Positions 62,908 through 64,000 of a DNA stretch of 64,000 nucleotides are shown piece after piece. The stretch lies in assembly GCA_038087875.1 (NCBI GenBank), contig CM075984.1:37076001-37140000 (forward strand), in the 5' to 3' direction. Position 1 is the stretch's first letter; every line of letters begins with the position of its first letter. The position numbers and the translations under genes are program-made. Under the pieces are notes generated by a model that was not told the DNA's origin, ran no database searches, and saw nothing but the letters and a program-made list of their open reading frames with translations. This DNA comes from Malacoraja senta (taxonomy: Eukaryota).

Positions 62908-63191
62908 TAGCTCCCAGAGATACGATGGGCCGAGTAGTCTCCTTCTGTGCTGTACAATTCTGTTTTGTTCTACGATGTCCGGTTCCAGAATGCAAGCTGA
63001 TTTGATGTGCCTCACAGTGATCCGTGTTCAGGCAGAGATGATGTCCTGTGCCGTGTTTATATCTGTAATAAGTGAAATCTAATGTTGTAACGTTGCTGTA
63101 ACGTTGCTGCTAACGTAAGGGGAGGTAAATGTACTGAATCCCAGTCTAGCGTGATTGTGTGCTCCAATTGACAGGCTCATCTGAAGCCTTG

Positions 63192-63820
63192 ACAGACACA
63201 AAATGCTGGAGTAATTCAGCGGATCAGGCAGCATCTCTGGCCAAAAGGAATAGGTGACGTTACTGGTCGGAACCATTCTTCACACTGAAAGATAGAGAAG
63301 GCCAGAACCAAACAGGCCTGAAAAGTCTAGATGACCTCAGGAAGGGTGGAGTCCATAATGGCCCATTGTTGGCTGGGGAGGATGTGCTGATGACAGGGAT
63401 ACAAGGATGCGAACAGTGGAACTAGGAGGACGAGGAGGGGGAGAGAAAGAATGCAGAAATTACTTGAAATTGGAGAACGCACGTTCATTCCGCTCGGTTG
63501 TAAGCTGCCCAGGCGAAATATGAGTTGCTGTTCCTCCAATCTGATTCTGGCCTCACTCTGGCATTGGAGGCGGCCCAGTACAGAAAGGTCACTATGGGAT
63601 TGAGTAGGGGAGTTAGAATGTTTGGCAAGCGGGAGATCATGCAGGCCAAGGCGGACTGAGCGTAGGTGTTCAGCGAAACGATCGCCGAGTCTACGATTGG
63701 TCTCACCGGAGCCTACGCCGGGAGCACCAGACAGAGTAGATGAGGTTGGAGGAGGTGCATGTAAGCCTCTGCCTCACCTGAAAGGACTGTCGGGGCCCCT
63801 GGATGAAGTCGAGGGAGTAA
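63192..63820 (-). mobile_element. PLE 3' fragment with degenerate GIY-YIG domain
   Basis: GETNRRLGDRFAEHLRSVR..LEEQQLIFRLGSLQPSGMN. Confidence 0.85.
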
Positions 63821-63894
63821 GTCTGAAGCCTTTTTCCCCATTTCCACAATCCAATGGCGCACACAAAAAAAAAACAAAGGTCATGTCCTGAGTA

Positions 63895-64000
63895 CTGCCC
63901 TGGCCAAGATTCTCCCCTCTTCCATCAGGCAAAAGGTGTAGAAGTGTGAAAACGCACAGATCCAGATTCAGCGACAGTTTCTTCCCAGCTGTAATCAGGC
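63895..64000 (+). mobile_element. Rex1/Babar fragment (runs off the window)
   Basis: PLPSGKRCRSVKT..RFSDSFFPAVIR. Confidence 0.75.

Overview
Eukaryotic, repeat-dense, apparently non-coding 64 kb. The repeat repertoire (HE1-like V-SINEs, CR1/HER1-like LINE tails, DeuSINE remnants, Penelope-like elements) points to a cartilaginous fish, probably a skate or ray; this is an inference. No host protein-coding exon is confidently recognisable, so the window looks like the interior of a very long intron or intergenic DNA. Main content: (1) One L1 on the minus strand with both ends intact (53916-59784, 14-bp TSD, frameshifted ORF1/ORF2, internal deletion, ~0.9 kb inter-ORF spacer). (2) About 30 Penelope-like (PLE) fragments whose short terminal unit carries a minimal hammerhead ribozyme core (CUGAAGA-A-GGGUC..GACCC-GAAA-CGUC). 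Several are solo ~120-130 bp units or fold-back inverted pairs, each with its own 9-15 bp TSD. (3) About 15 V-SINEs, many CR1 3' fragments, Rex1/Babar fragments and a bipartite RTE derivative. (4) DNA elements: a non-autonomous Helitron, three PIF/Harbinger MITEs, a hAT MITE, and two copies of a ~1 kb TAG...CTA transposon with an unusual 7-bp TSD. A strong candidate recursive splice site (~105-nt AG-free zone, then TTCAG|GTAAGC) lies at 24087/24088. Two assembly gaps are present. All family assignments come from motif recognition by eye, not from database searches.
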